Shown here one piece after another: positions 23,594-33,380 of a stretch of 64,000 nt of DNA. Numbering within the stretch: the stretch's first letter is position 1; every line of letters starts with the position of its first letter. The translations under genes and the position numbers were made by a program. This DNA comes from an uncultured Eubacteriales bacterium (GTDB taxonomy: Bacteria > Bacillota > Clostridia > Christensenellales > CAG-138). The DNA is taken from assembly GCA_900545265.1 (NCBI GenBank), contig UQYI01000001.1:4145-68144 (forward strand), written 5' to 3'. The notes under the pieces are model-generated. The model was not told the origin of the DNA. It saw only the letters and a program-made list of their open reading frames with translations, and made no database searches.

Positions 23594-25219
23594 TTACTTT
23601 TCCTCTTTCTTGCTGTTCCTGTCAAAAAGATAATTGCCGTTTTCATCGATCTTCTTATCCAGGAAATGGCAGGCTACAAAGTGGCCGGGGCTGACCTCCA
23701 CATAGGGAGGGGGCACTCGCTTGCACTTATCGCAGGCCATATAGCAGCGGGTATGGAACTTGCAGCCTTCCGGAGGCCGGATGGGGCTGGGAATGTTGCC
23801 CTCCAGAATGATCCGATCCTTGCTGGCGGAATCGGGATCCGTGGTAGGAATGGAGGAAAGCAGCGCCACCGTGTAGGGATGCCGGGGATCCCGGAACACT
23901 TCTTCTGCCGTGCCCAGCTCCACCAGGTTGCCCAGGTACATAACACCGATACGGTCGGAAATGTAGCGGACAACGGACAGGTCGTGGGAGATGAACAGGT
24001 AGGTCAGTTTCTCGTTCTCCTTCAGTTCCTCCAGCAGATTGATGATCTGGGACTGGATGGACACGTCCAGAGCGGATACACACTCATCGCAGACGATGAA
24101 CTTGGGCTTTACGGCCAAAGCACGGGCAATGCAGATACGCTGCCGCTGGCCGCCGGAGAACTGGTGGGGATAGCGATGCAGCATATATCCCTGCAAGCCA
24201 CATTCTTCCATGATCTGAAGGATGTATTCCTTCATCTTGGGATCCCGGGGCTTGAAGAACTTATGGGTGATAAGGCCTTCGCCAATGATCTGACCCACGG
24301 TCATACGGGGGTTCAGAGAGGAATAGGGATCCTGGAAGATGATCTGGATATCCTTGCGCAGCACGCGCATTTCAGAATACTTCAGGCGGCTCAGGTCAAT
24401 GCCGTTGTCCAGCATGGCTTCGTACTCCTGGAACTTGGCATTATCCTTATACTTTGCTTTGAGGGCAGCCACGCTGGCTTCCTCGTCCCGCAGGATGGCG
24501 TTCAGCTTATCAAGCTTTTCCTGCAGACCCTTTTTCTTTTCCCGGTAGATCTCTGCCTTGCGCAGTGCCTGGCGGATCTTGGGCTGAGGATTCTTAAAGT
24601 TCTTGTCCGCCTCGATCTCCTTGGCAATAGCTTCGTTCAAAGAGATCTCGCCGTCCCAATCCCGCATCTGCTCCTTGATCTTGGAGATCTGGATGTTGGT
24701 GCGGTACTTCTTCAGCAGGGCCTCTGCTCCTTCCCGGGGATCATCCAGCGCCGCAAAGCCGCCCAGGATCTTGACCACGTTCTGGAAAGCCGTCTGAGCC
24801 TCCGCAGCCAGCAGATTCTTGGTCTGATGCTGATAGAAGGTTGCCTTCTCCCCCGCCTTTTCCACTTCCGCAGCGGCAGCAGCGGCCTTGGCCTGCTCCT
24901 TCTTATACTTTTCGATCATTTTAGGGGCCTGCGCCAAAGTCTTTGCCACATATTCGGGGGCAAAGTCTTCCAGCGTGCGGCCGTAATACAGGGTGCTGCC
25001 GGCAGTCTGATCGTACAGCTGAAGGATGGTTCTGCCCAGGGTGGACTTGCCGCAGCCGGATTCGCCTACCAGACCGAAAGTCTCGCCGCTGAAAATATCG
25101 ATGGTGATATCCTCATTGGCCCGTACATACAGCTGCTCTTTCTGGAACCATTTGGTTTTGGCTACAGGAAAGTACTTTTTAAGATTCGTGATTGACAACA
25201 GCTTTTCCGTGTTCTTCAC
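23594..25219 (-). CDS. Opp/Dpp-family ABC ATPase (OppF-like) with a ~190-aa helical insertion
   Basis: Walker A GESGCGKST, FQDPYSSLNP, signature FSGGQRQR, Walker B FIVCDECVSALD, and the oligopeptide C-terminal domain (HPYT...C.F..RC). About 235 aa separate Walker A from FQDP, whereas I expect roughly 45-50. Confidence 0.9.
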   Translation of the reverse strand: MKNTEKLLSITNLKKYFPVAKTKWFQKEQLYVRANEDITIDIFSGETFGLVGESGCGKSTLGRTILQLYDQTAGSTLYYGRTLEDFAPEYVAKTLAQAPKMIEKYKKEQAKAAAAAAEVEKAGEKATFYQHQTKNLLAAEAQTAFQNVVKILGGFAALDDPREGAEALLKKYRTNIQISKIKEQMRDWDGEISLNEAIAKEIEADKNFKNPQPKIRQALRKAEIYREKKKGLQEKLDKLNAILRDEEASVAALKAKYKDNAKFQEYEAMLDNGIDLSRLKYSEMRVLRKDIQIIFQDPYSSLNPRMTVGQIIGEGLITHKFFKPRDPKMKEYILQIMEECGLQGYMLHRYPHQFSGGQRQRICIARALAVKPKFIVCDECVSALDVSIQSQIINLLEELKENEKLTYLFISHDLSVVRYISDRIGVMYLGNLVELGTAEEVFRDPRHPYTVALLSSIPTTDPDSASKDRIILEGNIPSPIRPPEGCKFHTRCYMACDKCKRVPPPYVEVSPGHFVACHFLDKKIDENGNYLFDRNSKKEEK

Positions 25220-26201
25220 TGCAGCGCACCTCCTTCATGGGATAGAAACAACGAATTTTCTGGCCGGGGAGAACCTCACTGAGCGCAGGTTCTTCCTCCA
25301 GACAACGCTGGGTGGCGTACTTGCACCGGGGTGCAAACTTGCAGCCCTTGGGCAGTGCCAACGGATGGGGCACTACGCCGGGAATAGGCTTGAGCTTGGT
25401 GCCCACGCTGTCCATACGGGGGATGGAATGCATCAGACCCTCCGTATAGGGGTGGCTGGCCGGGCAATCATGGCTGAAGATCGTCCGTGCAGCCGCCTGC
25501 TCCACCACCTGGCCGCAGTACATGACCACCACGTCATCGGCCATCTCATTGATAACGCCCAGGTCATGGGTGATGAAGATGATGGCGGTGCCGTTTTCCC
25601 GCTGAAGGTCGTTCATCAGGTGCAGGATCTGTGCCTGAATGGTCACATCCAGAGCGGTGGTGGGTTCGTCGGCAATGAGGATCTTGGGCTTGCAGGCCAG
25701 GGCCATGGCGATCATGACACGCTGGCGCATACCACCGGAAAGCTGGTGAGGATACTGGAGCAGAACCGTCTCGGGATTGGGGATCTGCACGGCGTAGAGC
25801 ATCTCCAGCGCCTTCTTCTCCGCTTCCTTCTTATTCAGCTTCTGGTGAATAATGAAGGGCTCGCTGAGCTGCCGCTTGACGGTAAACACCGGGTTCAAGC
25901 TGGTCATGGGCTCCTGGAAGATAACGGAGATCTTGTTGCCGCGGATGGAGTACATTTCCTGCTGGGAAAGCTTGGTCAGATCCTTGCCTTCGAAGAGAAC
26001 CTCCCCCTCGGCGATATAGCCATTGCCATCCAACAGCTGGAGGATGCTCATGGCAGATACGGATTTACCGGAACCGGACTCGCCTACAATGCCGATGGTC
26101 CTGCCGGATTCCAGGGAATAAGATACGTCGTTGACAGCCTTAACAATACCTTTTCTGGTCTTAAAGTAGGTATGAAGGTTTTTTACTTCTAATAAAGCCA
26201 T
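25179..26201 (-). CDS. Opp/Dpp-family ABC ATPase (OppD-like)
   Basis: [43 protein letters not shown]. Confidence 0.9.
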   Translation of the reverse strand: MALLEVKNLHTYFKTRKGIVKAVNDVSYSLESGRTIGIVGESGSGKSVSAMSILQLLDGNGYIAEGEVLFEGKDLTKLSQQEMYSIRGNKISVIFQEPMTSLNPVFTVKRQLSEPFIIHQKLNKKEAEKKALEMLYAVQIPNPETVLLQYPHQLSGGMRQRVMIAMALACKPKILIADEPTTALDVTIQAQILHLMNDLQRENGTAIIFITHDLGVINEMADDVVVMYCGQVVEQAAARTIFSHDCPASHPYTEGLMHSIPRMDSVGTKLKPIPGVVPHPLALPKGCKFAPRCKYATQRCLEEEPALSEVLPGQKIRCFYPMKEVRCSEEHGKAVVNHES

Positions 26202-26218
26202 ATGTATGCCTCCATCCT

Positions 26219-28171
26219 TTATTTCTCCTGGGAGCTCTTGGGGTCAAGAACATCCCGCAGGGTGTCGCCGATGATGTTGATGCTGATGGTCGCCACAGAC
26301 AGCGCAATGGCGGGGAACAGCCACTGCCACCAGTAGTTCTGGATGACGATGGAGTTGTTGGCGCCGTTGAGCATGTTGCCCCAGGTAGGCTGCGGCTGCT
26401 GCACGCCGAAGCCCAGGTAGGAAAGGCTGGACTCGGTAAGCATGCATCCTGCAAAGTCCAGGGTGATGTTCACCAGAATGATGGAAATAACGTTGGGAAG
26501 GATGTGCTTGAAAGCGATCCGGTTCTCCTTGACGCCCATGGATTTGGCGGCAATGACAAACTCCTTCTCACGCTCGGCCAACACCTGTGCGCGGATCATA
26601 CGGGCAAGACCGGTCCAGCTGAGCAGGCCCAGAATGATCATGATGATGAAGATTCTGGTATTCTCGTCTATGGGCATGGTCCGTATGACGTAGGACAGCA
26701 TCATGGCAAATGGCAGGAAGGGCAAGGCAGAGAATATCTCTGTCACACGCATAAGCAGCATATCCACCCAGCCGCCGAAGTAGCCGGAGAGACAGCCCAC
26801 GATAACGGCGATGATGGTGGAAACCACTACGGCCACCGCGCCGATGGTCATGGTCATTTTGCCGCCGTGGATAATACGGGTGAGGATATCACGGCCGCGG
26901 CTGTCGGTGCCCAGGGGGTACCCCTTGAAGCCCACGCTCTCTACCAGCTTATCCTCACTGTCGACCATGTAGGTCTGCTTGGAGCCGGTGTAGATCAGGC
27001 TGCACTTGTCGCCGTCCACGTTGCACTGGCCGCCGTCGTTATGGCCCCAGGCATATACGTTGCCGCTTTCGCCCACGGCTACAAAGTGCCGGGTGCCAGC
27101 CTTGATCTCTACCATCTTCTCATTGGCAGTGATGGCGGGAATATCCTTCTCGCCGTATTCAGCGGCACCGAAGACCACCAGGCTGCCATCGTCCATGACG
27201 AAGCAGTAGCAGTTGTTGGTAGCGGCAATATCCAAGACGGTGCGGTCCTTCATGTAGGAGCGCAGGTTCTTGATCTGACCGTCCTTATTGGAATAAGCGG
27301 TCTGCTTATTGAAGGTCAGGGTCTGGCCGCCGGTAACGGTGCCGTCTTCCTTCAGCAGGATGGCATAGTAGTTGGAGAAGGCCACCTTTTGCACGCCGGT
27401 GTTGTATTTCTCCTTGTTGGCGAACTCAGCAAGGCTCAGCATGCTGTTGTTGTTGCCCCACATATACATCCGTCCGTCATCCATGACCAGAGCAGTGACC
27501 TGATAGCCGCAGATCAGCTGCCGGATATGGCTGGGATCGATGGCGCCGTTGATCAGCTCTTCGGGCTCCTGGGTGTAGGGCTCGTTCTCGCTCTTGAGGT
27601 AGCCGTACTGGCCGTTGCCGTTAGTGCCCCAGCCCACCACCTTACCATCGGTAGTGACGGCGATGATATGGTCGGAACCGGCAGCGGCAGCCACCACCTT
27701 GCCGGGCTGGATCTCTTCGGGATACTTGGAGTAATCCACGCCGGTCAGGTTGTTCTTTACGTTGCCCCAGAGATAGAATGTGTTATCTTTGCTTACGCCG
27801 ACGGTGAAGTCGGAAAAGCCGTTGATATCCTTGATCTGATCCTTCAGGCCATCGGGCACCGTCTTCATATTATTGAGAGGAGGCATGTTGGCCTGGAGAG
27901 GATCGGTATAGTTCAGATCCATGGGCATGAAGTAAGGCCCAATGAACACAAACAGGAACATACCGATCAGCACGATCAGAGCGGCTACGGCCAGCTTCCG
28001 GCGGAAGAAGGCCTTGGTAGCCATAACGGAGGGGCTTTCGATCTTTTCGATGGCGAACTTCTCGTCATCGGTCAGCTCTTTGCTGGCGCCCCAGAAGGCG
28101 CGCTTGAGCCAGCGGCCCAGGGTGCTGAACACGCCGTTCTTTTTGGCAGCACTGCTGTTTTTCTTTTCCAT
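26219..28171 (-). CDS. OppC/DppC-like ABC permease with an RCC1-like repeat domain in the first extracytoplasmic loop
   Basis: TM1 LAVAALIVLIGMFLFVFIGPYF, then a ~315-aa insert (26927-27874) with repeats GWGTNGNGQYGY, MWGNNNSM, VFGAAEYGEKD and AWGHNDGGQCNV. The canonical PLGTDSRGRDILTRI follows, then the permease core with the EAA-like region AAKSMGVKENRIAFKHILPN. Confidence 0.85.
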   Translation of the reverse strand: MEKKNSSAAKKNGVFSTLGRWLKRAFWGASKELTDDEKFAIEKIESPSVMATKAFFRRKLAVAALIVLIGMFLFVFIGPYFMPMDLNYTDPLQANMPPLNNMKTVPDGLKDQIKDINGFSDFTVGVSKDNTFYLWGNVKNNLTGVDYSKYPEEIQPGKVVAAAAGSDHIIAVTTDGKVVGWGTNGNGQYGYLKSENEPYTQEPEELINGAIDPSHIRQLICGYQVTALVMDDGRMYMWGNNNSMLSLAEFANKEKYNTGVQKVAFSNYYAILLKEDGTVTGGQTLTFNKQTAYSNKDGQIKNLRSYMKDRTVLDIAATNNCYCFVMDDGSLVVFGAAEYGEKDIPAITANEKMVEIKAGTRHFVAVGESGNVYAWGHNDGGQCNVDGDKCSLIYTGSKQTYMVDSEDKLVESVGFKGYPLGTDSRGRDILTRIIHGGKMTMTIGAVAVVVSTIIAVIVGCLSGYFGGWVDMLLMRVTEIFSALPFLPFAMMLSYVIRTMPIDENTRIFIIMIILGLLSWTGLARMIRAQVLAEREKEFVIAAKSMGVKENRIAFKHILPNVISIILVNITLDFAGCMLTESSLSYLGFGVQQPQPTWGNMLNGANNSIVIQNYWWQWLFPAIALSVATISINIIGDTLRDVLDPKSSQEK

Positions 28172-28183
28172 AGACTGCCTCCT

Positions 28184-29209
28184 TTACTTGTTGACGCGCA
28201 CGCGCGGGTCGACCAGACCGTATACCAGGTCGATAAGCAGATTGCCGAAAAGGGAAATGGACACATAGAACATCTGCAAAGCCAGAATGACCTCGTTGTC
28301 ATTGCCGTTCAGGGCATCAAAATATGTTTTACCGATACCGTTAAGGCCGAAGATATTTTCAATCATTACGGATCCGCCGAATATACCGAGGAACCAGCCG
28401 ATAATCAGCGTAACGACAGGCAGCAACGCATTGCGCCAGGCATGGGAATAGATAACTACCTTTTCCCGGACGCCCTTGGCGCGGGCAGTACGAATGCAGT
28501 CCATGGACAGGGCCTCGATCATGGATGCGCGGACATAACGGGTCATGCCGCCCAGGGAGCAGAAGGTCATTACGATCAGGGGCAGGGCCAGATGATACAT
28601 CTTATCCCAGAATTTATCCCACTTGGACCAGTTAAGACTGCCTGCTGTCTGCATGCCGGAGACCGGGAACCAGCCCAGCACAACGGCAAATAACCAAATG
28701 AATACAATTGCAATGATAAAGGTAGGTAAGCTGTAGCCAATGATCGTGCCCACCTGCACGGCTACATCCCTGCGGCTCCCCCGCTTTACGGCACAGAATA
28801 TGCCAAGGGGAATGGTTATGCCCAGGGCCAGAATGGTGGCGAAGACATTAAGGAAAATAGTGTTTTTCATGGGTTCGCCCAGCACTTCGATCACGGGTTT
28901 GCCGTATTTGATGGACTGGCCGAGATTCCCCTGAAGCAGGCCGTTGTAGCTCCCGTCATAGAAGGGATACACACCCAGCCAGCGTAAATAGCGTTCGATT
29001 TTTGTACCGTCTGTACCGTATCGTCTTTGCCAATATTCAAGACGTTCGTCGTAGTTGAGCTTGCGGTTGGCCTGGATCTCCAGCTTGGCCGCTTCTGCCG
29101 CCTTATCGATGGGCAGCATGTTGTAGACCATGTAAATCAGAAATGAGAGAATAAAGAATACGAGAACAATGTATAATATTCTCTTGACTATGTATTTCCC
29201 CATAGGCAC
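28184..29209 (-). CDS. OppB/DppB-like ABC permease
   Basis: MGKYIVKRILYIVLVFF..., six TM segments, and EAA motif TARAKGVREKVVIYSHAWRNALLP. Confidence 0.9.
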   Translation of the reverse strand: MPMGKYIVKRILYIVLVFFILSFLIYMVYNMLPIDKAAEAAKLEIQANRKLNYDERLEYWQRRYGTDGTKIERYLRWLGVYPFYDGSYNGLLQGNLGQSIKYGKPVIEVLGEPMKNTIFLNVFATILALGITIPLGIFCAVKRGSRRDVAVQVGTIIGYSLPTFIIAIVFIWLFAVVLGWFPVSGMQTAGSLNWSKWDKFWDKMYHLALPLIVMTFCSLGGMTRYVRASMIEALSMDCIRTARAKGVREKVVIYSHAWRNALLPVVTLIIGWFLGIFGGSVMIENIFGLNGIGKTYFDALNGNDNEVILALQMFYVSISLFGNLLIDLVYGLVDPRVRVNK

Positions 29210-29262
29210 CCTCCGTTTGATATGCCCGCACGGCAGCAGCGGGCTATGCCGTTATACCCTCT

Positions 29263-29317
29263 AAAAAAAGCGCCGACCTGCACAGGAAGGGATCCTTATA
29301 GACATGCAGATCAGCGC
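29263..29317 (-). terminator. Intra-operon hairpin/attenuator after the binding-protein gene
   Basis: Minus strand reads GCGCTGATCTGCA-(22 nt)-TGCAGGTCGGCGC followed by TTTTTTT. A second hairpin GGGGGCAT-ttta-TATGCCCCC lies just upstream. Confidence 0.55.
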
Positions 29318-29434
29318 CTGCGCTTAAACCTGTACCGAAAGACCGCTCCTTACGACAGGGGGGGCATATAAAATGCCCCCGCACAGTCGTTTTTGCGCTT
29401 AAAGCGATCTTATATTTTCTTCTACAGGAACCGA

Positions 29435-31720
29435 TTAATAGTTCTCGTAGAAGTCGGCCTCGTCCATGATGTAGTAGCTGGAGTAGTTGCTGTACATCTC
29501 AGGATCGATGGTCCAGTTCCAGGAGAAGTCATATACGGCGCTGTTGAAGCCGGTAGCAAAGTTGATAGCGTTCAGCTTGGCTACGCCGTTCCAGCCGTAG
29601 GATTCCATTTGGGAGAGCTCGCCATATACACCAGTCTGGAAGTCGCAGGAGGTGTAGGTGATGTAAGCGCCGATCTCGGTGGTGGCGTTGGGGTTGGTCT
29701 GCCATGCGGTGATCAGCTGGTCGGTAACGTTGTTGGGCTGAGTGCCGTACCAGTTGATGGCCAGGGGCATGTAGTACTCACCGTTGATCTTGAGGGTCTT
29801 GTAAGCGCCGTCAACAGATTCAAAGGTGATGTTCTGGGGGGAGAGCTCATAGCCTTCCAGCTTCTTGTAACGAACGGCATCGGTGCCGGCCACATAAGCC
29901 TGACCCTTGTCGTTGTAGATCCAGCCGCCCTCGTCGAGCACTGCGTTGGCAGAGTCGGCGCTGTAAGCATACTGGTTCAGGATGATCTCGTCTTCAACGG
30001 CCTTGTAGGCGGAGAAGCCGGTGTAGTAAGGACCATGCACAACGGAGCCGTAGCCGCCGGTGAAGGTCTGAGCGAATTCAGGACGGTTGATGGTGTAGAT
30101 GATAGCCTGACGGACGGAAGTGAAGCTGGTGGGACCCAGGTCGCCGCGGAAGCCGAGCTTGCCGTAACCGGCGCGGTCATAGTGGGTCTCGGCGAACTTG
30201 CCGGGGTTTTCTTCCACGATCTTCAGAGCGGCCTTGGTGTCGTCACCACCGGTAACACCGGCAATGATGTCGATCTCGCCCTTGAGGAGCTGGTCGTTCT
30301 GGGTCTCGCTGATGATCTTGACGTAGGTGATGGTCTCGATGGAGGCCTTGCCGCGGGCATCGTCACCAGGATAGTTGGGGTTCAGAGTCAGGGTAGCGGT
30401 CAGGGAAGAAGCGTCGTAGTTGGACACTACATAGGGGCCGCTGTAGGGGATAGCAGAATCCCACTTGAGGTTCTCGTTAATGACGTCGGCCATGACATAA
30501 GCGTCAACGCCGTTCTTGTTCTCCTTCTTGTAGAAGTCATCGGAGAGGCCGCACTCGTTGTTCTCGTTGACAACGATGTCGTTCTCGCCCAGGTACAGAG
30601 CCATGGGAGTGGGATCGAAAGCGGCATAGGTGATTACATAGTAGTAATCGGCATAGTCTGCCAGGTAGGTGATGGCGAAGGTGTAGTCATCGATGAGCTG
30701 TACGCCCTTGAAGTAAACCTTGTCGCCCTCGCCTTCGTAGGCCTTGAATGCATCGTAGCCCACAACGGTCTGGCCCGCATTACCATTGCCGCCGGCGGCC
30801 ATAGCCACTTTGGTGGAGTTGACCAGCAGGTAAGCCAGGTAGTTCTTGGCGGTGATGGGGGTGCCATCGGAGAACTTCAGGTCGTTACGGATCTTGATGG
30901 TGTAGGTCAGGGTGCCGTCGTCATTCTTGACGTGCACGGGCTCTTCGGCCAGAGCCTGCATGTTCCAGGCATAGGCACCGTCCATGCCGGCCTGAGCGGT
31001 AGCATAACCGGTGGTCAGGTTCTGGACATCCAGATCGGAGCTGGCGGGAGAGGACTTGCCCCAGGCGGAGTTACGGAAGTTGCCGGACAGATCGGTGGTG
31101 CTGCCGAGAATGAAGGAGCTGGTTTCGCCTTCCTTAACGGTTGCGGCCACGATGGCATCTGCGGGACCCCAGTAGGGAGAGGTCACGAAGTTTTCGATCT
31201 TGGCGTTGTATACATCGAAGTACTGGTTGGAGTAAAGGGGCACTTCACATACCATGTAGTTCCAGCGCTGGATGTACAGCTTCCACCACTCGGCGTACAC
31301 GTCGTCAGCAGTCTTATACTTCTCGCTATTTTCGGGTACGGAGCAATTGTAGACCATAGCCATGGAGAGGAAGTCCTCGCCCAGCTCATAGGTCTTGCCA
31401 TCAACTTCAACGGTGGCAATACCGTCTTCGTCCTCTTTCACCATGTCGATGGTGACTTTGGAACCGATCTTGGAGTAGACGGAAGAATAATCCTTATGGA
31501 CGATAGCATCGTTCACATCTACTTCTTCGTACTTAACTTCAGCTGCCGGAGCGGGTTCCTCGGTCTTGGTGTCGGTATCCGCAGGAGCTTCGGTCTTGGT
31601 CTCAGCTTCGGGCTGCTTCTGATCTTCGGCGGGTTTCTGCTGCTGGCAACCAGCGAGCACACCAAAGACCATCACAACGGCCAGCATGAGTGCAAAGAGC
31701 TTTGCAAATTTGGATTGCAT
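29435..31720 (-). CDS. Family-5 (peptide/nickel) ABC substrate-binding lipoprotein, unusually long (761 aa)
   Basis: Lipoprotein signal MQSKFAKLFALMLAVVMVFGVLAGC, a Gln/Glu/Pro/Thr-rich linker, a ~150-aa extra N-terminal region, then an SBP_bac_5-like body. Confidence 0.85.
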   Translation of the reverse strand: MQSKFAKLFALMLAVVMVFGVLAGCQQQKPAEDQKQPEAETKTEAPADTDTKTEEPAPAAEVKYEEVDVNDAIVHKDYSSVYSKIGSKVTIDMVKEDEDGIATVEVDGKTYELGEDFLSMAMVYNCSVPENSEKYKTADDVYAEWWKLYIQRWNYMVCEVPLYSNQYFDVYNAKIENFVTSPYWGPADAIVAATVKEGETSSFILGSTTDLSGNFRNSAWGKSSPASSDLDVQNLTTGYATAQAGMDGAYAWNMQALAEEPVHVKNDDGTLTYTIKIRNDLKFSDGTPITAKNYLAYLLVNSTKVAMAAGGNGNAGQTVVGYDAFKAYEGEGDKVYFKGVQLIDDYTFAITYLADYADYYYVITYAAFDPTPMALYLGENDIVVNENNECGLSDDFYKKENKNGVDAYVMADVINENLKWDSAIPYSGPYVVSNYDASSLTATLTLNPNYPGDDARGKASIETITYVKIISETQNDQLLKGEIDIIAGVTGGDDTKAALKIVEENPGKFAETHYDRAGYGKLGFRGDLGPTSFTSVRQAIIYTINRPEFAQTFTGGYGSVVHGPYYTGFSAYKAVEDEIILNQYAYSADSANAVLDEGGWIYNDKGQAYVAGTDAVRYKKLEGYELSPQNITFESVDGAYKTLKINGEYYMPLAINWYGTQPNNVTDQLITAWQTNPNATTEIGAYITYTSCDFQTGVYGELSQMESYGWNGVAKLNAINFATGFNSAVYDFSWNWTIDPEMYSNYSSYYIMDEADFYENY

Positions 31721-32251
31721 GTTTTTTCCTCCTTGTTTTTTTATATTTTACGGCTCGCGCCGGAAAATATCTCTTTCGGGTGAAGGGAAGAGCCGGATAT
31801 TTTTGTGGAAGAAGTGTATATACAGCCTTTCTATCACTTGATAATGGATTTTACCACAAGGCCGATTAAAATGCAACAGAAATTTTGCGCCGTTATGAAG
31901 AATACATAGTCTGTGGGCATTTTCCCCCGTAAATAGGCGTATTTTCATCCAAATGGGCTGGATACAAATTCATATTTTTGTTTGTGCCAGACGGAAAACA
32001 TGGACTTTTTCATGCTTTTTTGTCTTTTATTCTCTTTTGAAGCGACCGTTTTGTGTTTTGTTATATAAGATGCAGTATTTTCTTACCCTACAAATTTCAG
32101 ATATGGATTTTTGTGCATAAAGGCTGCAATTATACCCCCTCGGGGCATATTTTTACACTTTTGTTTCTTATTATATACACTCCTCCCCTACCCGGGCTGG
32201 ACAACAGGCCAGGAACAATCTACAATAAGAAAAAAGCGGAGGGAGGCACTT

Positions 32252-32911
32252 ATGGGAAAATGCATTCTCCCGGCGGAGCTGTGCCGGGGACGGCTGGCCG
32301 GGGCAGACCTTGCCTTTGCGGATCTGCGGGGACGGGATCTTTCCTGGTCGGATCTGGAAAGTGCAGATCTACACGGGGCCGACCTTACCGGAGCCCGGCT
32401 GGACAATGCCTGGCTGCCCCGGGCCAATCTGCAGGGCGCCATACTGCAGAACGCCAGCCTGCAGGGTGCCTGCTGCCGCTGGACCGACTTTTCCCAGGCG
32501 GATGCACGGGGTGCGGACTTTTTCCGGGCGGTGATGGAATATACCCGCACGGACGGCCTGCTGACCGACGGCTCCACCCGCTGGTTCCGGATGCACTGCC
32601 CGGAGCAGGGCGCCTTTGTGGCTTATAAAAAATGTGCGGACATGCGGCTGGTGCAGCTGCTTATCCCCGCAGAGGCCCGGCGGGTAGCGGCAACCAGCAC
32701 CTGGGGCCGGTGCGACAGAGCCAAGGTGCTGACCATAAAGAGCTTTGATTACCGGGAGCGGTTCACGGAAGCCACCTCTTTGCAGACGGACAGCTTTGTA
32801 TACCGGATGGGGCAATGGGTGAGCGAGCCCCGCTTTGACCCGGATCGCTGGCTGGAATCGGCCCCGGGGATATACTTCTGGCTCACCCGGCAGGAGGCCT
32901 ATGACTACTGA
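32252..32911 (+). CDS. Pentapeptide-repeat protein with a C-terminal domain of unknown function
   Basis: Start MGKCILP follows GGAGGGAGG. Repeats ADLAFADLRGRDLSWSDLESADLHGADLTGARLDNAWLPRANLQGAILQNASLQGA. The C-terminus ends GIYFWLTRQEAYDY. Confidence 0.8.
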   Translation: MGKCILPAELCRGRLAGADLAFADLRGRDLSWSDLESADLHGADLTGARLDNAWLPRANLQGAILQNASLQGACCRWTDFSQADARGADFFRAVMEYTRTDGLLTDGSTRWFRMHCPEQGAFVAYKKCADMRLVQLLIPAEARRVAATSTWGRCDRAKVLTIKSFDYRERFTEATSLQTDSFVYRMGQWVSEPRFDPDRWLESAPGIYFWLTRQEAYDY

Positions 32912-33269
32912 AAAGGATCCGGATCTGCTTCGGCTGGAAGAACGGCTGGCCGCCGCCCCCGGCTTTGTATATAAGCTGGGAACGGAATACTGGTATCTGG
33001 GCCGGTTTATCTGCGCTCCCTGCAGGGAACAGGATGCCACAGACAGCTGGGAAATGTTCGTCCTCTTTGCCGATGCCTCCGGGCAGGAGGGATGGCTGTA
33101 TTTCCACCGGCTCCGGGGATACAGCGACATGGCCCTGACCCCGCCCTATGACCCGGAACAGGTGCGTGCCTGCCGGCGGGAGCTGCTGGCCGGACTTTCC
33201 CCGGCAGAGAGAAAAAGTCTTTTGCAGCAGTTGGAGAGGCTGTATCGATGTCTGCCCCGGTTCAGCTGA
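32901..33269 (+). CDS. Hypothetical protein (122 aa)
   Basis: ATG follows CAGGAGG and overlaps the stop of the preceding gene (ATGACTACTGA). No recognisable motif. A weak hairpin plus T-run follows at 33277-33308. Confidence 0.55.
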   Translation: MTTEKDPDLLRLEERLAAAPGFVYKLGTEYWYLGRFICAPCREQDATDSWEMFVLFADASGQEGWLYFHRLRGYSDMALTPPYDPEQVRACRRELLAGLSPAERKSLLQQLERLYRCLPRFS

Positions 33270-33380
33270 TGTTTTGAGCGCTCCCCCACCCTGGGCGGAG
33301 CGTTTTTTATGCCAAAACTGCAAAAGGGCCCGGCGCACACGCGCTCAGCCCTTCTGCAGGAGACTACTATGAGTATACGA

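Noticed and set aside
23516-31783. Very long plus-strand ORFs (23516-25195 559 aa, 25026-26192 388 aa, 26504-28693 729 aa, 29393-31783 796 aa) opposite the ABC operon
   Set aside because: They mirror well-supported minus-strand genes with clear ABC motifs. Their translations are low-information (rich in G/L/V/H/D/Q), with no motifs or RBS. Stop-poor antisense frames are expected in high-GC coding DNA.
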